Positions 39,506 to 51,393 of a stretch of 64,000 bases of DNA are shown in pieces. The notes under the pieces were generated by a model. That model had not been told where the DNA came from. It saw only the letters and a list, made by a program, of their open reading frames with translations, and did not search any database. Location: positions 248,001 through 312,000 of the forward strand of contig KZ537999.1 in assembly GCA_000934665.2 (NCBI GenBank). Direction: 5' to 3'. Each line of letters opens with the position of its first letter. Position 1 is the first letter of the stretch. A program made the position numbers and the translations under genes. This DNA is from Catajapyx aquilonaris (Eukaryota).

Positions 39506-41965
39506 ATGTTCTGGTTGCCAGTGCTTCTCCTCTGCTCCGTGGCCATGTTCGGTGGCCACACCTCATCATCATCGTTGTCGGGTGTTGGGAAGAATGTGTC
39601 TCGTCTGATGGAAGATGAGAAGAGGAAGGTTGGGGAGGAAGGAGAGTGGTGGGCAGTGTCCAGACTGGTGAGGGGTGTCCTGGACACGAGAGATGACATG
39701 CGGGAATGCGGCCTGGTCCTGTCCACTGACCTCGTCGGGTCATCGGGCGTCTGGGAGGGAGTCTGGAAGCCGCTTCTCAAAAGTCAATCGGACCAGTACC
39801 TCCCGTCCTTCTCCCTCCAGATGACCACCTTTCCTTACTCCTTCCGAGACTACCCCTGTCTCAAGCGTCAATCTGACCTCTTGGACTTCACCACCGTCCC
39901 TCCTGAACTCCTCATGACCTACTCTGGGTGGTCATCCTCCCCCTGCACCCTCCACGTTCTCTTCCCCTCCTCCCCATCCTCTCTCCCTCAACTACTAATG
40001 TCCACTGCATTCAAGGTCAAGGTCAGTCCACTCGACGACCGTTTCATCATCCACTTCCCTCACCAGTCGATAGCACTCTCTGCAGCGGACAGAAAGGTCT
40101 ATCGAGTGTTGACCTCACCCCCTGTGAATGCCCTCAGGCTAAAAGTTTCCACCAGGATGGAAGAAGATGGTGTCATGAGGATGGAGACTGTCTGCTTCTT
40201 CTGCGCAAAAGGGGGTCAACCAATGGCGATCAATCTCGGCGGTGTTCTCCACGCGCACAAGCCAACAGTTGTCGGATTCTTCAACAACTATGACAAAAAC
40301 AAGCTGAACAAAGCACCATATGTGACTGGAAGTTACTTCAAGCCAATTGACATGGAGGACGCTCGAAGGAGAAGAAAACAAGTGGGACTGGTTAACTTTT
40401 TTTTTTTTTTTTTTTGTAATTACCCCGTAATGACCGTTTAAGGGTCTTGAGGGGGGTGGATTACCACCATCTCCTTCAATTTTCAACTTTTTCTTCAGAC
40501 TCCGGTGCAAGGAAGAAAGGACATGGGGAAAGGATAGGGATTTTTGGGGAGGGAACATGGGTGCAAGGTGCACGTCTGAATAACGGGTCATGTGCTGTTC
40601 CCCAGGAGGTTAGGTTGCCAGACACCTCCTTGGTGCAGGTCAGAGACCCTCCCGACGCAGGTGAAAGGATAGTTCCCCAGGCGGGGATCGAACCTGGGGC
40701 CTTTCACACAGCAAGCCGTGACGTTACCATCACGGCCACCACACCTCCCCGTGGGACTGGTTAACTTAGACTATTATGAAAGGCTCTACATAATGGGCGA
40801 GGAAGCGTTGAATGGTTTCATTTCGGAGATTTACGTGAAGGGGCCAACCAGTGCCGACTTCGACCTCAGGCTGGAAAACGGCACTTGGGAGGGCCTAATG
40901 CCAGATTTGTTGTCAGGAAGAGTGCATTCACTAAGTATAGTGATATTCACGGAGGACACATACCGACAAACATTCCTCGGGTATCCATTCGTTTTCGCAT
41001 ACGCTACATTCATGACCAGAAGACCCGGTGGCGTAATCAGCTGGAAGGTCATCTACAGGCCTTACGCCCTCCCCTTCTGGGTGTCCTTGGGGGTCACCCT
41101 CGCCCTTCTGCCGATTGCGATGAGCAGACTCTCCCGCTGCAAGACAGGTGGAGGGAGATCAGAGGCCGAGGAGGATTCCCTGACCATGGTAGGATCCCTC
41201 CACATCTTGACCAGCCACCTGATAGAACAGCCCGTTCCCTTCCCCAAGTCACGCCGCTTTCTTTTTCTGGCCGCATCCTTCCTCTTTCTCTCCACAGTGG
41301 TCATCACTGGCTACAAGGACAAAATGGTCGCCTTCCTGACCTTTCCTCCGAGGGAGTTTGTCCCGAGGAACTTCGGGGAACTGGCGGATTCGGATTGGAC
41401 CATCGAAACGGATATGATCAATTTTCTGATATGGAAGAAATTAATCTCCTATATTGACGATCCTCTCCACAACACATTAGATACGAAGATATCCATGGGT
41501 GTGAGTATACAGAGTTGCCTGGAAAGGATGCAGAGAGGGCGGTTCGTTTGCGCTGGTGCAAACCTGCTATTGGATCCGGAGATTTATCTATTTCGCGACA
41601 CTTCTGGGCAGCCAACATTCCAGTATTCTGATGACCACATATTTCCAACTGCCCTTGGGCCCGCTTCCCCACGGGGTCTAACCATGGGATATCACATCGT
41701 AAAGCAATTCATCCGATTTTTCAATGAAAATAACATGCTGTCAGTCTGCATGCGTGACTACATGTACCTGATGTTCCTCCGCTCGTTGGATCTAATCAGG
41801 GCCTGGGAGATTGGCGAACATGAAAAACCAAAGGAGTTTCTGACCTGGAAGAAGCTCTCGACCGTCTTCGCCATGTGGTTGGTGGGACTGTCCATTGCAC
41901 TGGGTGCATTCGCAGTCGAAATCGTGGGTCGCAAGGGTACAGTGTGTCTCAAGCAAAGGAAGTAG
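39506..41965 (+). pseudogene. Intronless divergent ionotropic receptor (IR/iGluR-like), interrupted by a SINE
   Basis: Signal peptide; S1-like ENGTWEGLMPDL; TFMTRRP...WKVIYRPY preceding TM1; further TM segments; S2-like VPRNFGELADS; final TM LSTVFAMWLVGLSIALGAFAVE. Removing the 369-bp insert plus one TSD gives a continuous 696-codon ORF (RRKQVGLVNLDYYER). Confidence 0.8.
40399..40750 (-). mobile_element. tRNA-derived SINE
   Basis: 17-bp TSD GTGGGACTGGTTAACTT (40382-40398, 40751-40767); on the minus strand A-box TGGCCGTGATGG, B-box GGTTCGATCCC and a poly(A) tail. Confidence 0.9.
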
Positions 41966-43059
41966 GGTGAGTGCCAGAAGATTGATATTAATATTAATAT
42001 TAAATGTGTCACTCACGCAGAGGCGAAGTGAGCGAGTTTCTTGTAAATGGAAATATAATCAAGGCACTTTTGTGTAATATTATTGTATGTGAGTTCTGTA
42101 CAATATTATTTTGTGTGAGTTGTGGCACACACTTGACAACTATACCACAAGAGAAAAATTAATATGAGCCTCCTTGTGTATATATGCCTGGGTTTATGTC
42201 ACCCAATTGAGTGTTGCATGTCCATTTGCACTCATGGAGAGAAGGAAGCTGGACTATACATGAAGGTTACATGAAAATGGTTATTTCATATAGCCTGCAT
42301 ATAACTTATGATGTTGCATTGGTTTATAGGATTTTATTGTAAAATTACGTACCAAATGTCGAAATATTTCACAAATACGAATACTTCAGTTTTTTTTGCA
42401 TTTGTGTGTGTGGCATTTTAGGATTGGGGGAACTCATTTTCTCACAAAATTTCTTGATCACTTAGGTTCAATACAACAACACGTAGCCAAAATCACAGTC
42501 GTCATCAAAGCTACTGGTTGTGGTTTATTAGCGAAAATATGCTCCTAATAATTTTCCTCAGCTTCGACATTGGTAACCTGACTCCTCTTTCTCTAAAGTT
42601 ACTCTTTATTTTGCTGTCGCAATTAGTAATTCTAACTCCACTTATGTAACTCCGTGTGACTGTAATATCGATCCTTTGTTGCATGCTTTGTTGTGTCTCA
42701 TTTCACAAGCCCTGCACATGCACAGTTGTACTAACGTGGCAGTATTAATCAATAAAGACATGGAGGGAAGTGCCACTTATTCATTTAATACCGGCCCTGC
42801 TTTTGTTTACCTTCCTCACTTTCAGAAGAGTGCAGAATGAATATTATTAATCTCGTGGAGAAAAAATGTCTTCGACGACTGATTAAGGTAGCAGAATGGT
42901 GGTTTCAGCTAGGCCATGGGACTTTAAAATAATTCAGGCGAGGGAAGAAGGTAGTGCGCTCCCTCTGGCAGACAGCTTTTCACCACCACAATAATTATGC
43001 AACTTGTACAGTACAGTACTGATTTTCGGTATGCTAATGCATATACGTGCTGGATGCGT

Positions 43060-43170
43060 GGATAAATGTGAGGAGGTGCTGGAATGGCGTGAGTTCAACA
43101 AGGACGCGGATGCGAAGGAAGTGGAGTCCTAACAATGGAAGTTGGAGAGGGAGTACTCCAGGATGAAATA
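43060..43170 (+). pseudogene. Relic of an HSP70 3' end (D/E-like)
   Basis: Translates as KCEEVLEWREFNKDADAKEVES*QWKLEREYSRMK*, matching the D C-terminus [34 protein letters not shown]. Confidence 0.78.
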
Positions 43171-44636
43171 ATTAATTTTTTAAAATGTGTGACATGTTTT
43201 TAAGGCGTTTAAGAAGGGAAGCAAAACGACAGACATGTTGACATTTTGTCACATTTAAAAAATAAACAGACAGTATCCTAAGGGAGGGAATATACTTGGC
43301 CTTTGGCAATTTGTACGGAAGAGTAATGCTACGCGACAGTCCAATTTTTATTACCTGATCCCTTTTGGTTCAAAGCGGAGTTAAATCTGGTCCCTATGTG
43401 AACAGCAAATGCCTTAGGAAAAGGCAAGTGTGGGGCAGCAGATAAGCAGTACTTGGCTTGTTCTGGGAGAAACTAGATTTTTTAAAAGTGTACGTATTAC
43501 GCTTCAGTATGTCGCGAGTGAATGAATGGAACAAGTGTGTTTAGGTCACTGTGACGTCCTAGCTGTCAACTCATCAGGGTATGGGCCTCCCCAACACTAG
43601 GTAATTAAACCATGATGTTGCCAATCATTTCTCATTTCTTGCAGGTTGCGTAAATGTTACGTGTTTGACCTGACCTTGAACCAGATTCTTACATACATGA
43701 TTCGCATTTCTCCACCGACACATTGCCTTGCAAAAAAATTTGGTACTATGATCCAGCTGACCTGGTTAATTTCCTGTTTGTATAATAATTAGAACCTGCA
43801 ACGAAAAGGGCGTTCGATACATGCTCGCTGTCACGTGTTCCCTTTGACTGGATCATATTGGAAAGTGAACAATGGACGTGCAGTACTGTACAGTACCAAG
43901 CCATCTTACAACTTATTAATCAAGTGAAATATAATGATTTTCTAGTAAAATTTAGGCCTATTTTAAAATAACATTTTAAATTAAGGTCCATTTAAAGTTC
44001 ATTCAAATTGGTAAGAATGTTCTATTATTCCCATTGAATGTATTACTCACTATTGCTGTACATACTTCCCACAATAAATATTATTGTCCTTTTAGAACCA
44101 CTCGCTTCTTAAAATTGTTAATTGTTCACTGTTTCTGACAAATGTTTTCCATTTTATGCTATTTAAATGTAAGTACGCGTATAGGTATTTGCGTAATGTT
44201 CAAAATTGGATTCGAATTGATCAGTCGAAATATTAATGTGAGCATTACTTACATTATTTTGAAGTGTATGGTGGTGGCCTTGGAATGTTTTGATGGAAAT
44301 TACCTGTTTGAATAATAATATTTCCAGAGTGCAAGATTGGTGAGTTGTAAAATGTTTCATTATTACTTTTAACTGAGAGTGACATCAAAAATAATTAGGA
44401 ACTAAATAAGCATTTACTTAACATTGACAGTTGTCGGAAAGTAATTTTTGTTACTTGCAACCTGCCTTAATCTTTAAATGTGACACCATAATCAAGTCTG
44501 GCATATAAATTCCAAATTGAGGAATAAATTCATTTCAATTCTGAAATCGGCTCAGAAATGAAAGTGCACCTTGCGATATCGTGTGTTTGTGAATTTGTGC
44601 ATGTTAAAATTATGTTAACATTAAATAGGCGTACTG

Positions 44637-44975
44637 TGGGGAGACGGAGTGGCGCCGTGGCAACGCGTGCGCCCACGGAAGTTAAGGTCCCGGGTTCAAT
44701 CCCCACCCGGGGTTCCCACCTTCTTTCGTGCAGAGTTGGGCCATCTCTGGCTTCGTTTCGGGTGGCAATTTCCGATAGACTAAGCCACCCGGGGGAGTTC
44801 ACAAAATGACCAATTACCGACAGCGCACATGCACTTTGCACATCCCCTCCTAACTACCTGGAGTATACTAATAAGATTATTCTTAACTCGCTCCAAAAAA
44901 AAACAAATACCAATGGTGGTAATCCACCACCCCCTATAGACCTACAAAGGTCATCACGGGGTAAGTAAAAAAAAA
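44637..44975 (+). mobile_element. tRNA-derived SINE
   Basis: TSD AGGCGTACTG (44627-44636, 44976-44985); A-box-like TGGCGCCGTGG, B-box GGTTCAATCCC, poly(A) tail; 3' tail similar to the SINE at 40399. Confidence 0.85.
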
Positions 44976-45675
44976 AGGCGTACTGGTTTTAATTAGTTTA
45001 TCATATCAATGTATACGGCATGCCTGTCGTGCCGCTATCGATCTTGTAAATAAGTTAGACGTAAGGCCCGTATGTAAGAGTCATGTGCAAGAAGTAAAAA
45101 AGTGTGGGGCCGATTTTTCCTGTCTGTTAAGAGCTAACGGTATTAACGAAAATAAATTTTTTATATGTTTGAACCGTTACAAGTGCGGATATCAGAGTGT
45201 CAATACACAGCTCAAGCATCAAGACAGCCATGGCAACAAGATAAAGCCGGTGGAAGACATTGCATGTACTCTTCAAAGCATTCCGATAAATAGAACTTGT
45301 AATCAAACGACCATTCCAGAGAAGGCCACGCTCACAACATGAGGTTGATGGTGTCCATGAAGACTCTGATGGTGATCATTCAAGTTTGGGTCCAATAATA
45401 CACAAGTAACACTTGAGGTAAGAAAAGACGTTTCACAAAATTATGTACACCTCTCATGTATAATATTGCTGAAGAAATTTTTATGATTTCCGTTGCCAAA
45501 TGTACACCCACTTTAAACCAATTCCTGAGTTCATACTGTATTTTTTCTGTATCAATAAAAATATTCTTAAACAGAGTCTTGTGGTTAACTTTAATATTGT
45601 TTACTTACAAATCATGGGCAGTTATTATGATGTTATTTTTTATTGCTCACTTGTCGACGAAGATTTTGGACTCCC

Positions 45676-48600
45676 ATGGCTGGTGAGAGGCCTCCAGTGG
45701 TTGGGGTCGACCTGGGCACATCCGAGTCCAGAGTAGCAGTGTGGAAAGATGGAAGAGTTCATATTATTCCAGACTACCACACAGGAAAGCAAGCTACACC
45801 CAGTTATGTGTCAGTCACTGATAACAATATTTACATCGGAGAACGCGCCAAGGAGAAGGTCCGATGTGCCCCATTTAATAATCGAGAATGTTAACTAAAC
45901 CGAGTTCATTTACAGATGGGTAGGAATATGAAGAACACGGTGTTTGGCATGAAGCGTCTGACTGGACGAACAAACGACGATACTCTTCTACCAACGTACA
46001 GGTGTCACTGGCCGTTTAAAGTTTCAGTGACGTCTGGAAAAGCGCAAATTGTGTTACAAATCGAGGGAGAGCAGCGAGTGTTTAATCCAGAACGTATCAT
46101 GTCCTGGGTGCTGTCAGAAATGATGGAAAATGCGGATAATTTCTTAGGACTGCATGTGACCCATGCTGTAATGACGGTGTCCACTTATTTCAACGAGGCT
46201 CAACGAGAGCAAGCGACAAGAGACGTCGTGGATATGGCCAGTGTTAGCTTGTTACATGTCATCGACACTAGCACTGCTGCAGCTATTGCCTACTGCTTTC
46301 AAAAAAATTTAAGAGACGCCGGCTATGTACTCGTTTATGATATTGGCACATACGCATTCGAAGTGTCCGTGCTACTTGTGAGAAACTTTACTCCCATTAT
46401 GGTTGTGAGTGACAATAACGATATTGTGGGAAGCGAGAACTTTGATCGACTCATAGCAGACCTGTGCTTGAAGGAAATTTTGAAGAAGTATAACCTGGAC
46501 TTGAGGTTTGATGCTAAGGCGATATCAAAACTCCTTCCTGCTTGTGAGGAAGCCAAGAAAACTTTATCTGTCCAGAAAGAGGCAAATATATTTGTGAAAA
46601 ATCTCTTCAAAGGTCGCGATGTCACTTTTAAGGTATGGCTTCGATAGTTGCTTTTAAGTCACGTTATAACAACATCAATGTTTCTTGCATTATGCAAGGT
46701 ATCATTTTCACGGCATTCACTCAACTCGATATAATTATTGATGCATGTGTTTGCTATTGATTGTTTATTTGTGTTTCAGATTTCGCGACAGCTTTTTGAA
46801 GATCTGTGCTCAGATATGATCAGCACAACATTGAGTGTAGTGGACCGTGCGCTGTGGACGGCCAGAATAGACATGAGGCAAATAAAGCACGTGGTTCTGG
46901 TGGGTGGCTCGACCCGAATACCAAAACTGAGGGAAATGGTTAAGGATTACTTCAAAATGGAAGACCTGGACCAGTGCATTGAACCAGAGGAAGCGGTTGT
47001 GTACGGAGCCGCTATTCAAGGCGCTCTCTTAAATGGAAGTATAAATATCGAGGGCGTTTGGCCATTGATTAACATGAAGATGACACCAGTGTACTTCCCT
47101 GTTAGTAAATTTTTGGCACCAAATATTATCAGCAACGAGGAAGTGCCAACTGTCAGTAGCAGACATGTGCATGACTATCCTCACAACAAGAAACAGAGGA
47201 ACAGGGCGAAAGGAAGTTTTGAGGGCAGTAATAAATATGACCAGGTACACGACAATAGCAATCCGCAAGTGTCCCACCAATATCAGACTTCTTTTGCTGC
47301 AAAAGAACAAGATAGTGGTAGAAGTATTAAGATTAATGACGAATCGTTAAAGTCACCAGAGCAAGTAGAACAAACCCAGCCCAGTCACACCGATTTTAGT
47401 GACAACGCTAGATCAGGATATGTGGGTCATCTAGAAAATGAATTGCATCAATACCGACTAAGGTCTGATAATTTACTTGACGGAATTCACAGCAATTCTA
47501 TCACAGACGCAAGGAAACTGGAGGAAACTGCTGACAATAAGGGAGAGTTTAGAAACATCACTAGTCGGAGAAATGAGAGTTCACGAAGACACCAACAGTT
47601 AGCTAAGTACACTGAAAGCAGCAGCATTAACAATCCCGTGAAGGTCACGAAAAACAAGGCTGCGCCATTAGACGGGATTCGTCAGAAATTAGCGCATGAC
47701 ATATCCCAAAAGGAGTCTATTAAAAAACACCGACCAGCTATAAATTCCGAAGCCAAGGGTAAAAGTGTCAAGAGCGATCAACGAAAGCATGAACCTGCTC
47801 ACATTGCAAGAGATAAACGCAAGCACGGAGCAATCGGAAAGTCTAAAAGAACACATGTTGACAAAAAGACAGCTGAAATTAAAATTCTCAATGAAGGCAA
47901 CACTACTCATCATCCTAACAAGTACAGCCACTTGCACCAGTACCGACTACATGCTAACGAATCGCATAACCAGTTTTATGAGGATTACATATCAGGCAAT
48001 GGTATATTGGAAACGACGGGTAAAAGTGTCAGAAGAACCTCCCCCGAGATAACTAGCGTTCCAGGTAGCCCCGAAATTGATGTGGTCAAGAACAACGCCG
48101 AAATAAGGGATTATATCAGTTTCAAGTTGGACATTAGGTATGAAGGGGGCATTCTGCATATTCCAAAGAAAAATATGACAACCCCTTCCAGCAAAGATAT
48201 GTGGTGCATGAACTTGGGAGGAAACCTTGTCAGCATCACATTACCTGTAAGTGACGCATAATTTTTTATCCTCCTAACACAAGATGAATTATTTCTGTAT
48301 AATGCCATAGACAATATTCACATCCTAGTACTACCCCTTCCCCTTTATTTAACCTGGATTTGTCTTTCAGAATGCAACATCATTCGTTACAAGCCTCTTA
48401 TTCCACCAGCCGCATATTGATTTATTATGCTTAATTGTATATTATGTTATTAAATTTCAGGCAAGGACATTCAAGACTGGAAAGAATGACTCCACTAGAT
48501 CGGAGAGCAAGGTTGGCCTCACTCTCAAAATCGACGCCAACGGAATTATCGACATCAAATCACCAGATCAACGCAGTGTGAAGTTAGCCAGCAATCGAGA

Positions 48601-48898
48601 TGTGTCAGAAATGCGGAAAGAACTGCAGACATTTCGGGACAAAGAAGTGACGATTAAAAATAGGGACGTGGCCAAAACAAATTTGGAGAACTACGTGTAC
48701 AAACTGAAGCAGGCCGTGGAAGACGAATCAGTTGGCACTAAAGTGTCGGAAGAAGAGAAGAAACGAGTGAAGGACGAATGTGAACGAATGTTAGACTTTC
48801 TGGATGAAAACGACATGGCCGAAGAAAGCACATTTGTTTCTGCGCTGCAAGCGTTCAAGAAAATGTTCCGACCATTGGTTCGGATTTTGATAAAATAA
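45676..48898 (+). CDS. Locus M: altered-NBD HSP70-like protein with ~350-aa disordered linker, degenerate SBD and lid (~934 aa)
   Basis: Exons 45676-45858, 45916-46632, 46780-48246, 48461-48898. Motifs [63 protein letters not shown]. Confidence 0.83.
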
Positions 48899-50043
48899 TC
48901 TATGGGAATCAATGTTAGAGTTTTTACCGGTTCGCTGCCAACAAAATTATTATGTTTTGCTTAATAAAAAGTACATTAACTCATTTCAAAAACAATACCA
49001 AAATGTATGCCGCATAGTTAATGTATAGTTTTGTATTTGTGACAATAGTGGCAACATCTTCAATGATTCAATAATACAGTGTATCATTGGGGCGCAACGG
49101 TAGGATAAATCCAAGTCAGGAATAACTGCCATACATTACTATCAGCGCATATCACTTGATAGTCTGGTGATAAACGTACATACAAATGCACTTGTCACGA
49201 GTTCTAAAACAAAGCGAAGCGGTCATTCCGTGACAGTTCGTTGCTTAATCAGCGTTGGACGTTAAGGTAGAGGTTATTAGCTGAACACCCATGTTTGGAG
49301 GCACATTTGAAGGGATGTGTGCTTTTCCCTCTGCCGATACTCTTCTTAAGAGAACCAAAAACCGAGAAGAGGCAGCAAAATAATTTTGATTGATTGTCCA
49401 CCACACCACTTTCTAAAGAAATTCATTGACAGGTAAGAAATCTTTCATTCATACATAACATCTGCTCAGTTTCCCAGGGTAAAAATTAAGATAATTTCGA
49501 GCCAAATTGCCACAGAAGAAGCCGGAAGCATTTTAAAAATACTCGTGTTTAGTAATGTTTTTTTTAAAAATTATGGACAAAATTTATTTCACAAATTGCC
49601 CAGTACAATAAATATCAATGGAGTAAATGTGTGTGAATGATTCATTGTCCGGTTTTGATGGTTGTCACATTCTACAAACAGGATTGTACCGAGCCAAATT
49701 TATTTTATGAAAAATAATACTTACTTTTCGTTAACAAGAAGGTAGTAAAAAAACCTTAGCATATAATTATCTTATTATTGCCAAGAAAAAGTTGCGCCAA
49801 AGTTATCCTATGTGCCTCGTTCTCTGGCCACATAAATTTGAAAAAAACTGAAAATCTTCCAGCGCATTAGCGATATGTTTGAGTAGCTGAACCTCCCCGC
49901 TTTTAAACCAATCCTCATGAATTTCCCTGTTTTTTTTCCAGTGATTTTATGCTCGGATTCATGAGTAACTTGAGGTGAAGAAAGTGGCTGTCCGAGGAAA
50001 TTGCTTTGCTTGAGCCTTTGTAAATTAGGCCTACGACAAATTA

Positions 50044-50418
50044 ATGGGGTCTATTTCGCAATACTTTTTGAGCAAAGCGAGAGGATGTTACGAATATTTT
50101 GTTGGCTTATTGTATCGCATCAGAAAAAGGAGCCAAGAGTCAGAGGAAAACAGGAAGTCCTCTTTGGATCATGACCACCGAGAGAGCAGTCTTACCAACG
50201 AGCAACGAACAAGTACGCCCCATGAATATCATCGTTCATACGTCAATCGCACATCAGATAAGCACCAGAATACTGGCCCCAACAGAACAGAAAGGATCCG
50301 AAACCAGGACGACAAAGGTGCAAGATCGGATTCTGCTGATTCTGGGGAAGACATTTTTCAATACAGACGTTCCTATCCCAATTCAAGTGCACAATTACAT
50401 GGTAATCAGTCCCGCTAA
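50044..50418 (+). pseudogene. Locus N: truncated paralogue of NBD-less locus O (linker only, 124 aa)
   Basis: Ends FQYRRSYPNSSAQLHGNQSR* versus O FQYRHSYPTSSAQLHDNQPRKG; upstream 49275-49438 resembles 51124-51235. Could alternatively be a real small protein. Confidence 0.6.
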
Positions 50419-51393
50419 GAGTATGTTTTTGATACCACGCAGGGTATTTTTCTAACATTTTATTCTCACCTGTCGAGGTATTTTTTTGAAATTTTCTTCC
50501 TTCTTTGTACTCACAGCGTTCTCTTTTTATACAGATCAAAAAATAATTCTGTAATAAAGTTTATGCTAACAACAACATTTACACTACCTCCCCCTTCCAC
50601 ACACACCCGTCCTGATTGTTGACTGTGTGCAGTTGGCAAATATTCCAATGTTATAATATTGTAACTACTGTATTTGAATAACCTGTCGACGACAAACAAA
50701 TAAATAAATAAAATAATTCAATTAGAAGCAGAGCTATATTTAAATCGATATAAACTCGATTTATAAACACTGTATGGAAGCAGAAGTATAGGCCTACTCC
50801 AAGTCAGAATGATATTCGTGGTAGAAGGATGCGTGTAGTCCGCGTACAACAATGGCAACATATTGAAAGATGCAACTAAATAAAATTTATCGGAGCAGGA
50901 AAAGCAGTCGTTTTTTTAAATTTATCAGCAATGGCACGGTGGGATTCATGAACGTTAGAAATAACTGCCTGTTATTATCAGCCAGTATCACTCTTTTATC
51001 TGATAAAGATGCACTCGAATGCCATGGCTACGAGTTAATGGAACAAAGCAAAGCATGTGAAAATCCCGACGTCATTCCATATGTGTCCTGGTTGGTTAAC
51101 CAGCATTGCCGTGAAGATGAAGCTTATTAGCTAAATACCGGTGTGGGGAGGCCAAAAACTGACGAGAGGCAGCAAAATAATTGGGATTGGTTGGACACCA
51201 CACCATGTTCTGAAGAAACTATCCGACAGGTAAGAAGCATCCTAATTAATTTGGAATGAATTTTTGTGCATCATACGCACCATAATTCTAATTAGTGTTT
51301 GCTTCACATTTCAGGGGTTCGTGAGGGACAAAAACTGAATGAAGTTGCAGTCGGAGGAGTGTCTGCTTGACCGTGTATAAATAAGGACGCAAA

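Noticed and set aside
40670..40750. tRNA-like sequences (also 44640-44715)
   Set aside because: They are SINE heads with TSDs and poly(A) tails, not tRNA genes.
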